Part shown: piece after piece, positions 26,723-39,583 of the stretch
How the letters are laid out: every line of letters starts with the position of its first letter
Numbering within the stretch: position 1 is the stretch's first letter
Assembly (NCBI RefSeq): GCF_001194135.2
Contig: NC_068994.1
Location: 16,590,732 to 16,654,731 of the forward strand
Direction of reading: 5' to 3'
Length of the DNA stretch: 64,000 nucleotides
DNA from: Octopus bimaculoides
Lineage: Eukaryota
Translations under genes and position numbers: made by a program
The notes under the pieces: model-generated
What the model saw: only the letters and a program-made list of their open reading frames with translations
The model's database searches: none
What the model was told of the DNA's origin: nothing

Positions 26723-27274
26723 TACAGACTGTCCTCATTTAACGACCGAGTTACGTTCCAACAGCCCCGTCGTGATGAAAATTCGTCGTTAAACGAATAT
26801 TCGTCGGGTAGGTTTTTTTTATAGGTATAGTGTACTGTACGTACATATAAAAACAGAATACCGTACTGTATAAAGTACATGCAGTACAGGGCCAAGAATC
26901 ACTAACATAAATTGTTGAAAAATGAATAAGTAACAGTAAGATTATCACAAGGAAAACCTTAAAAGTTAGGATATGGATACTGTATTATTGTAGCTCAGAC
27001 ATCGTAAGTATGTTTGTGATTCCAGGCCCAGTACATAAGATGCCTAATAAACTTTTCTCAGGATTATATAGAAAAGGTGAAAAGGTTTAAAGGAAACTCA
27101 AACAAAATAACTTTGTTTTACTTTGGATAAAGATTACAAAAGCAACTCATTCTTGACATCAAAATGCATGAAAAATCCCGTCAGTGTTGTTTGCTTTGTT
27201 ATCTTCTTTTTTTTAATGACGGTTCGTAAAGTTCGTCGTAACTCCGAGTGGTCTTTAAATGAGGGCAGTCTGTA
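26723..27274. mobile_element. pogo/Tigger-like MITE (548 bp between TA TSDs)
   Basis: TA|cagactgtcctcatttaacgacc ... ggtctttaaatgagggcagtctg|TA; 23-bp TIR with 2 mismatches. Confidence 0.85.
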
Positions 27275-27638
27275 ATTAGCACCATTCACATCACAGCTGA
27301 TTTTTAAAAAAAAAAGTTGGATTATAAAAAATTAAAATACTAAATTATAAACAAATATTGTTGCTTTATTGAAAATTAAAGTAAATTACCAGCAGTGTGT
27401 ATGTGAGTTTGAGAATATGTACGTTTTTTTATGATACACAGAAAGCCTTTGTTAACCCAAGTCAATGTGAAGAGAGTGACTGCCGGTGTTGCAGGACTGT
27501 TTATTCAGAGTGTGCTGTGTGAGAACTTGTATACATGTCAAAGATGATAAATTTGTCAAATATTATTTCAAATTTTGGCACGAAGCCAGCAATTTCAGAG
27601 AAGGGGGTAAGTCAATTACATCAACCCCAGTACTCAAT

Positions 27639-27810
27639 AGAAAGAGGGGTAGGCCTAAGAACTCAGGGCATAGATCAAAACAAAAGGAACTAGAGAAAGG
27701 GGGACATTCATGGCAGAGTATAAGTACAGAAGCGAGAAATTATGCGACATGGAATTCAATTATAAGTGGCCTATACTTCGCGTTGGAGGGTTAAAGGAAC
27801 TGCTTGCTTG
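27639..27810 (+). mobile_element. 5'-truncated LINE (second RTE-like family, GCTT tail) inserted into a SINE
   Basis: RKRGRPKNSG...KELEKGGHSWQSISTEARNYATWNSIISGLY; TSD cagtactcaat at 27628-27638 and 27811-27821. Confidence 0.75.
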
Positions 27811-27964
27811 CAGTACTCAATTAGTATTTATTTTACTGACCCCAAAAGCAAGAAATGCAAAGCTGATCTCACTGAGATTTGAACTCAGGACGTACAGATG
27901 GACGAAATCTGAATGTTAATGGGTTAAAACACATAATGCACCAGCTACCCATGCATTATCTTTC

Positions 27965-28196
27965 TTATTTCTTTACTGCCCACAAGGGGCTACACACAGA
28001 GGGGACAAACAAGGACAGACAAATGGATTAAGTCGATTATATCGACCCCAGTGTGTAACTGGTACTTATTTAATCGACCCCGAAAGGATGAAAGGCAAAG
28101 TCGACCTCGGCGGAATTTGAACTCAGAACGTAGCAGCAGACGAAATATCGCTACGCATTTCGCCCTGTGTGCTAACATTTCTGCCAGCTCGCCACC
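27965..28196 (-). mobile_element. SINE family B, near-intact copy
   Basis: Minus strand ggcgagctggcagaaatgttagc...ctgagttcaaattccgccgaggtcgactttgcctttcatcctttcggggtcgat. Confidence 0.85.
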
Positions 28197-28854
28197 ATGC
28201 ATTATCTTTCTAAGAAATTATTATTCAACATGCTTATCTTTAATGGTTGGTTTTCCCACATTTCATTCTTGTAGGGTACATATACCAGGATGGTGTCCTC
28301 AAACTTTCAGTTGATTGATGCCTCTAACTCTTTAATAATTCACCTGTTCACACAGGTGGTCACCTAGTTATGGTAAAATAAGATGCATGTTCTTACCACC
28401 TATTGTTTATCTCTTAAAAGAAAACAGTTTAAAAGGAAGTCACATAAGAACAAAGAACTCTCATTAGCATCAAATACCACAACTTTAGGTCTGCAATATT
28501 TAATTTAGTACTTTCATGGAAGACACTGAAGATTACTACTGTAGCCAAATGCAAAGAAAAATATTTCTATAAAATGGAGGAAGAATATGATTTTGAAGGA
28601 TTCAAAGCAAAAGATTTTCATTATATACATCAACACAAAAGCAAATCAAATGTTAGGGATGACATCAGAAACTGGTAAGAAGACACAGAGTAAACCTGGA
28701 TACTAAGTGTGAACGGAAGAAATAACAGATGAAAACAACAAAAGCATTGCCCAAGAAACCTCAAACTTTCTGTGATATGACAATCTTTTGATGACATTGT
28801 TTTGTACATTAATTTATCAATAGAAACCAATGTTCAATATTATCAGCATTTCTA

Positions 28855-29057
28855 TCTTTTACCTGTAGTAGTCATTAGGCTGCAGCCATGCTGGGGCACT
28901 GCCTTGCAGGATTTTAGTCAAATAAATCAACCCCCGCATAATTGTTTTAAAGCCTGGTATTTATTCTATCAGTATATTTTGCAGAACTGCTAAGTTATGG
29001 GGACTTAAACCACCAACACCAGTTGTCAAGAAGTGGTGGGGGACAAACAGATACTAG

Positions 29058-29110
<53 letters not shown>

Positions 29111-29268
29111 GATGGGCTTCTTCCAGTTTTCATCTACCAAATCCACTCACTTTGGTCAACCTGAGGCTATAATAGAAGACACTTGCCCAAGATGCCACGT
29201 GGTGGGACTGAACCAGAACGGTGGGATTGGGAAGCAAGCTTCTTACTACACAGCCACACCTGCACCAA
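28855..29268 (-). mobile_element. SINE family A with expanded internal (TA)n
   Basis: Homology to 7741-8100. Confidence 0.8.
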
Positions 29269-30087
29269 TACCTTTAAGTCTCTGAGACGTAAAGTAATTC
29301 CTTATCCAAAATTAACAAGTAAGCAACTAAAATTTCATTTATTCCTCAAGCTAATTCATTCCACACCAGCTGAGGCTGTTAAGCCTGCTAATGATACTTA
29401 TGTCTCACTTGCTACTGAGTCAGTCAGCTCAGCAAGGATCAATGAGGCATCATAGTGCTACTAACTCACAATGACAAGTTACTACCCATCTCTACTCCAC
29501 CACATCAAGCTCATCTGTCATCTACCATAGGTATTAACTTTACAATAGTTACATATTCTAATGTTAGATAATCTATTATATATATATATATATATATATA
29601 TAGAAGTATAACTGTCTGAAATGGTCGTGACTTCTGGTACTTGACTGATGAAAGAAAGCCAAGAATGACCCGTCTTTCTTTGCCCGTCCTTCTAATTGTT
29701 GTTTCTCTTGTCCACCTTTGTTTAGTCTATCTGTCCAAACGTTTTAATGACCTCTATTGCGTTTTTGTTCCATTTTTATATACATATATGTGTGTGTGTG
29801 TGTGTGTGTATGTGTGTTTTATATAGTTATATGTTGTTTGCAGTAATTTTTTATAACTCAGATTCTAACCTGTTCACTGTACACTCTATATTTCTAATAT
29901 TGAATATGTATAGAACATTAATAAACCCCATCAGTTAATCCAGACACTCACTTCTCATATTACTACGGTTTAACAAGGCTTCACTGTCATGTGTGTGCAT
30001 GTGTATAGATTGTGAAGATGATGATTATGATGGTGATATGTATATGTGTATATACATACACACACACATACACTCTTTTTCTCTTAT

Positions 30088-30267
30088 CTAGAAGAATGTT
30101 TCATTTTCGGGATTGAATTTAATGAAATCAAAGTCAATATTGAAATATTTGATGAATTCTGTCAAAGTAGGTTTGGGTTCGGGTACTTTAGAGTGAAGAT
30201 CAACCAGCACTTGCTGACACACTTGGGTCCACTTCAGAATAAGATCATCAAGGTTTGCAAAGTCATT
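30088..30267 (-). CDS. SFR1: SFR1 coding exon 3 (terminal)
   Basis: ttttgtttacag| acceptor; NDFANLDDLILKW...ENETFF, stop TAG. Confidence 0.92.
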   Translation of the reverse strand, partial: NDFANLDDLILKWTQVCQQVLVDLHSKVPEPKPTLTEFIKYFNIDFDFIKFNPENETFF

Positions 30268-33200
30268 CTGTAAACAAAAAGTGATAAAAAGAGAAATTAA
30301 CAAGAATATTACTTAAACATAGCAATTAATAAATTAATAATCAAACAATTGGAAAGCAGTGAGCTGGCAGAATTGTTAGCATGCTGGCAAAATGCTTAGC
30401 AACATTTTGACTGTCTTTACATTATGAGTTCAAATTCTGCTGAGGTTGACTTTGTCTTTCATCCTTTCAGGGGTCGATAAAATAAGTACCAGTTGAGTAC
30501 TGGGGTTGATGCAATAGGCTTATCCCCATCTCTGAAATTACTGGCTTTGTACCAAAATTTTAAATCATCATCATCATCGTCTAACGTCCGCTTTCCATGC
30601 TAGCATGGGTTGGACGATTTGACTGAGGACTGGTGAACCAGATGGCTACACCAGGCTCCAATCTGATCTGGCAGAGTTTCTGCAGCTGGATGCCCTTCCT
30701 AACGCCAACCACTCCAAGAGTGTAGTGGGTGCTTTTACATGCCATCGACAAGAAGGCCAGTCAGGCGGTACTGGTAACGGCCACACTCAAAATGGTGTAT
30801 TTTACATGATTTCTAACATATACACAAGGTCAGAAATGGTGTGAGGTTGGGGAGCAATCAATGAAATTAATACTTAATTGGAAATTATTTTCTTGACTCT
30901 TGAAGGATGAATGTTTAAATCAATCTTACTGGGAAATTTGCTCTGACATGCTACCATTTCTGCCTATTAAGTATTAATGAAACAGTTATCAATAAAAACA
31001 TAATTAAAATTATTATGCAGTTGTAAGTAATTCCCAATGGAGCCATAAATGAAGCAGACATGGGATGATTATGGGAAGAGTAGACTGGAGGATGTTTCCA
31101 TAGGAAAATTTTATGATCAATATGAAATCTAACAAAACACTCGTTAGTTATACAGTGCTCTTGCTGTTCACAGCATTGTACTGTAGCTATTCAGTGGTAC
31201 CTGTTAACAGCTAAATGTACTGATCTTGTGAGAGTTAAACTTCTTGGCCACAAACAACTTCGCCGAGTATGTAAGGAGATAAAAATCAAGAGACCCCTCT
31301 TTTAGTGGGGCTGGCACTAAGCATCAGGTGATCCTCGAGAGTGCTAAAATCTGGAGTTACCATACAAATTCTGAATAATTTAGTTAAAATTTCTCGCTCC
31401 CAACTAAAATCACAAAAACTAAGTGTCAAAAAAGAGCAGATGAAGTAACACCAGGAACTGAAGAGGATGGAGGTCAGGTGTGGGTGAGGCAGAGCAGATA
31501 AAAAGGTCAGGTATTGTTACAACCTGTCACATGACTGTGAAACACTTCAAATTTTGCCAGATATAAGGTTTTGCTCAGTGATGCAATCATCATAATACCA
31601 CAGGTTTATCTTTTTATCTTTTACTTGTTTCAGTCAGTAGACTACGGCCATACTGGGGCACTGCCTTGAAGAATTTTTAGTCGAATGTATCGACTTATAA
31701 TTTTTTTTAGAAAATGGTACTTATTCTATTTGTCTCTTTTGCCGAACCGCTAAGTTACGGGGATGTAAACACACCAGCACTGCTTGTCAAGCAGTGATGG
31801 AGACAAACAGACACACACACATATATATACGAGTTCTGATCAATAAGTATCCAGACCGTTGCCATAATATCAAAGCTAAAGCACGTGGAGTGAAGCCGCT
31901 TGGCACAGATTGATCTTGACCTCTGCTGTGCATGCACACTAAATTTTAACACTCTAGCTCACTTCCCCTATTTACAGCAGTGCTTGGAAGTAATGTGTGC
32001 AACATGTGATCATCGCATTGACCATGACAGAAAAAGTTGTCATGGCGATACTTGCTCAGAGGCCTACGCAAAGTTGCAGAAACTGTATGGAGAAGAGTAG
32101 ATGAATTGCACACAAGTGTACAAGTAGTTCAGCCGTTTCCAAGATGGTCGAAAAAATGCTGATAGCGACAAACGTTCTGGGAGACACACAGTCAGCAGAA
32201 CTGAGAAAAACATTGCAAATGTGCATACAACTGCAAGGGAAAATCATTGAATCACCAGCTGTTAATTATCAAAGGATGTGCAGATTAGTTACGGCTCAGT
32301 TCAATCCATTATCACTGAAGATTTTGGTATGAGACACATGTCTGCCAAGTTTGTGCCAAAACTGCTTTCAGCTGACCAAAAAGACACTCGGTGTTTCAGT
32401 TGCACAAGATCTCCTTAATTGTGTCAAGAATGATGAAAATTTCTTGAAAACTTTGTGTAAACCTCCAAGCAGGTATTGCCAAGCTTTTGGCAAAATTTGA
32501 TGGAGATTCTCTGCTCAATTTTCTCTGCCGTGGTCATTGTGACAATCAATGGCTACACATGTTCCTTCCAAGCAGTGCTGTAAACAACGGAAGTGAGCTA
32601 GAAGTGGAGAGGGGAGAAAATTNNNNNNNNNNNNNNNNNNNNNNNNNNNNNNNNNNNNNNNNNNNNNNNNNNNNNNNNNNNNNNNNNNNNNNNNNNNNNN
32701 NNNNNNNNNNNNNNNNNNNNNNNNNNNNNNNNNNNNNNNNNNNNNNNNNNNNNNNNNNNNNNNNNNNNNNNNNNNNNNNNNNNNNNNNNNNNNNNNNNNN
32801 NNNNNNNNNNNNNNNNNNNNNNNNNNNNNNNNNNNNNNNNNNNNNNNNNNNNNNNNNNNNNNNNNNNNNNNNNNNNNNNNNNNNNNNNNNNNNNNNNNNN
32901 NNNNNNNNAACTAATTTTTATATACCTTTCTTAATTCCAAAAGACCCTCAACCACAACATGTTCATTTTGTCACAGGTGCGCTAGTGGAGGGGTGTGTAT
33001 TTATTTATTTTGAAAAATTGAAATTTTACATTTTTTTTTTCAGAATCATAATCTTTATATTTTTCTACGTATTTCTCCCCAAAAAAATTCTTTAAAAAAG
33101 TGAAAAATTGGAAGGTGGGAATTAAAATTTGAAATGCCTATTTCTTTTTTTTTTTTGCAGATTCGGAATCTCCGCAGTCGAAAAAGTGGGCTTCTGTAAA

Positions 33201-36200
33201 ACAAAAACAAAAAACAAACCGAAAGGGGGTGCGGTCCATGCCCCTTACCTCCGCCAACAAAAGCACACAATTGACAGACCTGCAAGGGTTAATAGTCTCG
33301 CTGGCTTCAGAGTGCCGAGGATAACTGAAAGCTAAGGGGAAACAACCCAGTCAGAAATATCAGAGTTGAGTCCCACACAGTTGAGTCTTGCCGAACTCTA
33401 ATCAAGTCTCTGGCAATTCCTACATCCAGTCTCATCTCCGCCAATTCCATGTTTTGCTGCCTGATACAGATAATTTGGAAAGAGAGAATGTGGCTGACTT
33501 TGGAACCAACTTTCCAAGTTTCTCGAGACCACAAATAAATAGTGGATCTTTGGTTGCAATAGTTAAAGTATCACACATGTTTGCAGAGATGAAAACGCAC
33601 AACTTCAGTAGTTTTCTCATTTGTGAAAACATGCAGAAAGGGAGACTCCCACCACCACCACCACCACTACGCCCATTTTCTAGAAAATTATTGTTTTTCA
33701 AAATTTTTTTTTTTTTGCCAAAAACACACGTTTTCGGATACGGAGATTCCGGAAAANNNNNNNNNNNNNNNNNNNNNNNNNNNNNNNNNNNNNNNNNNNN
33801 NNNNNNNNNNNNNNNNNNNNNNNNNNNNNNNNNNNNNNNNNNNNNNNNNNNNNNNNNNNNNNNNNNNNNNNNNNNNNNNNNNNNNNNNNNNNNNNNNNNN
33901 NNNNNNNNNNNNNNNNNNNNNNNNNNNNNNNNNNNNNNNNNNNNNNNNNNNNNNNNNNNNNNNNNNNNNNNNNNNNNNNNNNNNNNNNNNNNNNNNNNNN
34001 NNNNNNNNNNNNNNNNNNNNNNNNNNNNNNNNNNNNNNNNNNNNNNNNNNNNNNNNNNNNNNNNNNNNNNNNNNNNNNNNNNNNNNNNNNNNNNNNNNNN
34101 NNNNNNNNNNNNNNNNNNNNNNNNNNNNNNNNNNNNNNNNNNNNNNNNNNNNNNNNNNNNNNNNNNNNNNNNNNNNNNNNNNNNNNNNNNNNNNNNNNNN
34201 NNNNNNNNNNNNNNNNNNNNNNNNNNNNNNNNNNNNNNNNNNNNNNNNNNNNNNNNNNNNNNNNNNNNNNNNNNNNNNNNNNNNNNNNNNNNNNNNNNNN
34301 NNNNNNNNNNNNNNNNNNNNNNNNGCACAAGACCAGCAACTTCAGAGGAGAGGGCCTAAGTTGATTATATTGACCCCAGTGCTCAACTGGTACTTATTTC
34401 ATCAACCCCAAAAGGATAAAAGGCAAAGATGACCTTGACAAAATTTAAACTCAGAATGTAAAGATGGGCGAAATACCATTAAGCATTTTGCCCTATGCAG
34501 TCCAACCCATGCTAGCATGGAAAGCGGACGTTAAACGATTAACAATTCTGACAGCTTGCCACGTTCTCCTTGCCTTGATATTATGTGATAGTTCTAAATG
34601 AATGCCACCATTATGCAAGCAGTGTCCTTTGATCCCAATCTTCTATGAAAACAAGTGAGGGTTAGTAACAAGAAGGACATGTCGAAGTGGATTTTCTAAG
34701 GACATCTGGACATAGAAAATCCACCTCGACAAAATTTTGTCCGACCCATGTGAGATTAGAAAAATGGACATACAAATGACAATGATGATAATTCCTTGAG
34801 AAACTATATTGACCGTTGAGGTGCTATTGGTTGAACACAGCGTCCGAAAATAAGATGGACTTGAGCTACCTGGTTGCTTGACCTGCTAGAAATAGCAACC
34901 AAAGTCCCTCAAATCACAACCTACCATCTTAGAATAGCTCACATTAGATAAAGTAGTTCTGGGTTCCCTGTGCATAAGAAAAAGATGGGATGGTTACAGC
35001 TTGAATGCATTGATCGGTTTGGCCTGGGCTAATAACAAGTTGGGATAGAGATGATTAGGATGTCTTTAATCATGTCTGCTCAATCAGGTCTGTCCTAAGG
35101 ATAGACAAGCCTCAAGATACAAGTCAAGCTCTTGACTTGTATCATTATAATAATATGATAAAGACTTAGTTGGATGTAAGATACCAAGTGGATAAAAGAT
35201 GAATGTGTCGCCTTCCTGGCACGTGTAAAGACATTCGAGCGAGATCGTTGCCAGTGCCGCCAAACTGGCTCCTGTGCAGGTGGCACGTATAATACACCAT
35301 CTTGAGCGTGGCCATTGCCAGTACCGCCTGACTGGCCTTCGTGCCGGTGGCACATAAAAGCACCCACGCCAAAGGGCATCCAGCTGTAGAAACTCTGCCA
35401 AATCAGATTGCAGCCTGGTGTAGCCATCTGGTTCACCAGTCCTCAATCGAATCGTCCAACCCATGCTAGCATGAAAAGCAGACGTTAAACGATGATGATG
35501 ATGATGATGATGAAAAGACCTTATGAAAACATTTCTGAAGCTTACTTATAACTTGCAAAACAGTTAAAATGTCAAGAGGTTCACAAGAACATCACTTAAT
35601 CCTTTAGCATTTAACCAAGCCATATCCAGCCAAAATATTCAATCTGTTTTATGTTCAAATTGGCCATATCTTGCCTCTCACACCTACCCCTATCCTACAG
35701 TGTCAATATTAATATAAACAATCACATCATCAAAATCTCAAAGCTACAAGATAATGCATAATTAATTCAATGCAATGTGAATAAACAAGCATTCTATTTG
35801 ACAGAGTAATCTGAATGCTAAAGGATTAATCCCTTTATGAGTACATTTCTAATGAAATACAATACCTATAAGTTTTCATGAATTTTTAAAATAAGTAAGA
35901 ATTTGGAAGGTTTTAATAAAAAAAAATAACTGTCATTACTAAGCTGGTGTTTGGAAAGTAACTTAACAGCACATTCTCACATTATGATAAAAAAAATTTC
36001 AATTTAAATATGAGCATTTTAAAACAAGAGGTTTTGTATCATAAGAGAAAATCTCAGAACTGCAATTAGTCCCAAATTACAGCAAGATCTACATCTATTA
36101 ATAGATAACATATTTGTTGCCCTTCCTTTTTGACAAAAAGGTATATAAAAATAGGATGCCTTTACCTTCGATCTGTACAATTTCACCATATTAAGCTTTC

Positions 36201-39200
36201 TCAAGTGCTCTCGTTTTTCTTTCAGTAATTTCTCTAAATAAGACTTCCTCCTTCGGAGTTCTAAGTTGGAACTTTCACAATTCCCAGTTATCACAGCCAA
36301 CTTGTCACCACAGTCATTTTGACTATTGTCTTTTTCATGTTCCACGAAAAGACTATTCACTGCTAATTTCTCATTAGCTTCGTCATTTCCTTCACCTAAA
36401 ATATCACAGACCTTATTAGTATCCGTACCTGTTGCCCCCAGACATTGGCCATCTTGTCCAGAAGCGGCAACAGGAACCTCTGAAGTTGGTGATGCCAAAC
36501 ACATTCGCTTGGCTTTGGGAGTTCTCAGATCCTGCTGTCCTTGGAAGTTTTTCTTCCGCAAAACTGGAGTTAGAAGCGAACTTGCTTCTTGAAGTTGATG
36601 TCTGTGGAATTTAGATGAGTTTGGAGTAAGAAGCAATGATGATGGATAATTTTCTGCAGGAGTTCTTCGGTTAAGTAGAGGGCTACCTGCAGGACTTGGA
36701 GTGATACAGTTTAAAGACCTTGCTGTTGCCTTAGCATCAGGTGTACAAGGTTGGGCTTGATTAAGAGAGTTGCTGGCATTTTTTAAAACAGCAGGGGAAT
36801 AATAGCGTCCACATTTCTTCAGACGTTCTTTCAGAGATGAACTCAGCTGAATAAAGAAATGAAAATAAAATTAAAAAAACAGAATTGTTGGAGGTTAAAG
36901 TTCAAATATTTTATTTCTTTTCATACCATCCTGAAAGAAACAAGACTCTACTAGTATTAAACAAAAATCTTTTCTTTCCACTTAGTCAATGAGAAAGGGG
37001 CAGCATTCACGACCTGATTGTCCTCATTTTAACATCAACTTTTTCATGTTGCATGGGGTGGATGGAGTTTACTGAAGAAGATTTTCCACAGCTGGATGCT
37101 GCTCCTGTTGCTAACCCTCACCTGTTTCCAAGCAAGGTAATATTTCCCCATGGCCAGACATGTTCATGCAGAGTACTGGAAATAAATAGCGCTGCTTCTA
37201 TAACAATGATAATCATTTACAACTGTCACATGGTGTCAAGGCAAGGAGACACAACACTTATATATATATATATATATATAGTTATAGGCTAGTGCAATCT
37301 GAAAAGATCCGGGTACAGGAAGTTAGTAAGCTAGTACAGATGACAAAAAGGTAACTGGACCTGAAGATTAGCTAAACGGGTTTCATGTGTTACAAATTAT
37401 ATAAGACAAAGTTTAGCTATGAAACATACGTAGTCTTTATTTACCTTTTCCATTCCTAGTATTTTTTAAATATATGTGCATATATATATATAGTAGTTTC
37501 CATCTATCAAATCTAATGACAGGGTTTTGATTGGCCTAGGGCTATAGCAGAAGACACTTCTCCAAGGTAGCACACAGTGGGATTGAACCCAGAACCATGG
37601 AAGCAAACTTCTTACACACAACCATGCATGTGCCATGACTTGCCTTTTATTTTTCAGGACTGATGAGAGAAAAGAAAGAAGTTGTCCTGAAATTGAAGAC
37701 CTACCCCAAATGTTTGCAAAAGAACTCTGCTAAAGACATCCAAGGAATGGACGGTAGGGTTAAGTCAAGTAATGGATTAATTCAACCAGCTAAGAATTCA
37801 GAATGCAAAAGCTGGAATTATACAAGGCATCTCATTCAATGCTTTAACAATTTCTGCCAATTCATCGCTCTAGACAGCTTCTATTATTGATGTCAAGAGG
37901 ATGAAAACCATCACAAGGTACAGTCCTTATTGTGGTATGATGGTTTGTATGCCTCAATGAACCTGACAGCAATGCCAGCAGAGCACTAACTCCTTGTAGG
38001 ACCTCCCATTCTGAACAAGTCAAAGGATAGAGGCCAGACTAATATGGAACACTTCTTCCTAGAGGTCAAAAAAGGTTTGCATAGGGCCAACATCCTTACC
38101 ACGAAATGAAATTTTTAAAAAAAAACCAAAGATGGCGGGGATTTTTTGGAAGAGGTAGACCCAGGAAGATGTGGGATGAGGTGATGAAATATGATCTTCG
38201 GATGCCGAGTCTCACAGAGGTGATGACAAATGACTAAGTCTGTTGGCGATTTGCTGTGCTTGAGAAGACAAGTCAAGCTCAGTGAAGTCGTATTCATGAT
38301 TAGTGCCGGTGACATATGAAAGGCACCCAACCCAGTACACTCTGTGGTGTGGTTGGCATTAGGAACGGTATCCAGTCATAGAAACTGAGCCAAAACAGAC
38401 GGGAGCCTGGAGTATCTCTCTGGTTTACCAGTTCCAGTCAAACAATCTATCCTATGCCAGCATGGAAAACGAATGGTTACGGAAGTCCAGAGTAAAATAG
38501 GAATCGAAGGAGATCATCGGTAAAAAGTGGTTGAGAACAACTGGTCTAGATGGAATCTACAAAGCACATGTCAAATGAAGATTTCAGATAAATATTTGAG
38601 AGCAGAACTAGATGCTTTATTTCAAGTTTAAATTACACGGAAGTTTGACTACCTATCATCTCGATACAGTGAAAATGGAACTTCTGCATGGTTGTTTGAC
38701 TTGTCAGAAAAAGCAACCAAATCTCCTTCAAATCACACACTACCACATACATGCATTATATACATATCAACCGACGAGATGCATGTGGATATCTGCCAAA
38801 GTGGCAGACCTACCATCATGAACATACCAGCCATAATTCAGTAGCTTCTTTCAAACACTGCGGATCTAGAGCTACTTTATCCAGTGTCTCATGCATTTGA
38901 AAACGGCAACGACTAATTCAAGAAGACTAATACTTATCATATCGACTTAGGAATTAGTTTTGACTGCAATACAAAATAAGGTTGTCCTCTAGCTCGAGGC
39001 ATTTACCATTTGTATTATACCAACTAACAACTTGCTTTTATTAAAAATATTTTAATAAACTCAAAAACACAAAAATCAGTTGTTATATAGGTGTGTTATC
39101 AATTGGGTCGGATTCGGTGTCTAATTTTAATTCAATTAACGTTTTTTTTTATTAGGTGGGTGGGAGTCAGGCGATAATATTAGCTTCAACTAAGTAAACT

Positions 39201-39583
39201 ATCAACATCCAGACATTAGGAATAAAGAAAGAAAATCCATCTTTCATGGCATTCTTCGCCAAAATTAATCTCAGTGCACCTCAAACTCAAAACAGTGAGA
39301 CAGAAATTACACAATGCAAAGTATTCTAAATAGCTCATTGATATAAACAGCTTTAATATTGTACAAGCATTTGATTTTCCTTATTTTCAAATCTAAATTA
39401 CGTTGTTTTTAGTTTAATGCAGCTTGCTTCATGACAGGAAGAAAAAAAAAGTCTTAAGAAATTACTGTAGGGAAAAAATAGAGGCGATAGTTATCCAATT
39501 TTTATAGACATTCAATGAAAAACAAAAGCAATACTTACTTTAGCCGATCCTTTCGGAGTTTGAACAGTTTTCTGTTCATCCAT
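30088..39583 (-). CDS. SFR1: SFR1 (Swi5-dependent recombination DNA repair protein 1 homolog; Mei5/Sfr1 family), complement(join(30088-30267,36166-36846,39539-39583)) = 906 nt, 301 aa
   Basis: All junctions are phase 0 GT-AG. LSSSLKERLKK resembles MSATLRERLRK of human SFR1. The C-terminal EKREHLRKLNMVKLYRSK|NDFANLDDLILKWTQVCQQVLVDL...TLTEFIKYFNIDFDFIKFNPENETFF matches the Mei5/Sfr1 C-terminal domain as I recall it (human [36 protein letters not shown]). Confidence 0.92.
30355..30562 (+). mobile_element. SINE family B
   Basis: gagctggcagaattgttagc...ggggtcgataaaataagtaccagtt. Confidence 0.8.
30565..30808 (-). mobile_element. 3' UTR copy of the (GAT)n-tailed RTE family
   Basis: Same sequence family as 3057-3285. 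Confidence 0.85.
31826..32460 (+). mobile_element. 5' part of a second mariner lineage (pseudogenised transposase)
   Basis: Starts tacgagttctgatcaataagtatcc (mariner-like TIR); HGDTCSEAYAKLQKLYGEE* and GMRHMSAKFVPKLLSADQK. Confidence 0.8.
35205..35512 (+). mobile_element. 3' UTR copy of the (GAT)n-tailed RTE family
   Basis: Ends gacgttaaacgatgatgatgatg. Confidence 0.85.
35600..35825. mobile_element. piggyBac-like MITE (226 bp)
   Basis: TTAA|tcctttagcatt ... aatgctaaagga|TTAA. Related partial copies near 11191-11400 and 54740-54912. Confidence 0.85.
36166..36846 (-). CDS. SFR1: SFR1 coding exon 2 (227 codons)
   Basis: tttctttattcag| acceptor, open frame over 681 nt, donor AAG|gtaaag. Confidence 0.92.
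38150..38475 (+). mobile_element. Diverged RTE 3'-end copy
   Basis: agacccaggaagatgtgggatgaggtgatgaaa is homologous to 52564 onward, followed by a decayed UTR. Confidence 0.6.
39539..39583 (-). CDS. SFR1: SFR1 coding exon 1 (MDEQKTVQTPKGSAK)
   Basis: ATG at 39583, exactly 15 codons, then a perfect AAA|gtaagt donor. An upstream ttttaag| acceptor at 39594 implies a further non-coding 5' exon. Confidence 0.75.

Noticed and set aside
36019-36636. ORF-track 205-aa ORF as a standalone gene
   Set aside because: It is part of SFR1 exon 2 read through the donor at 36165; the real exon spans 36166-36846.
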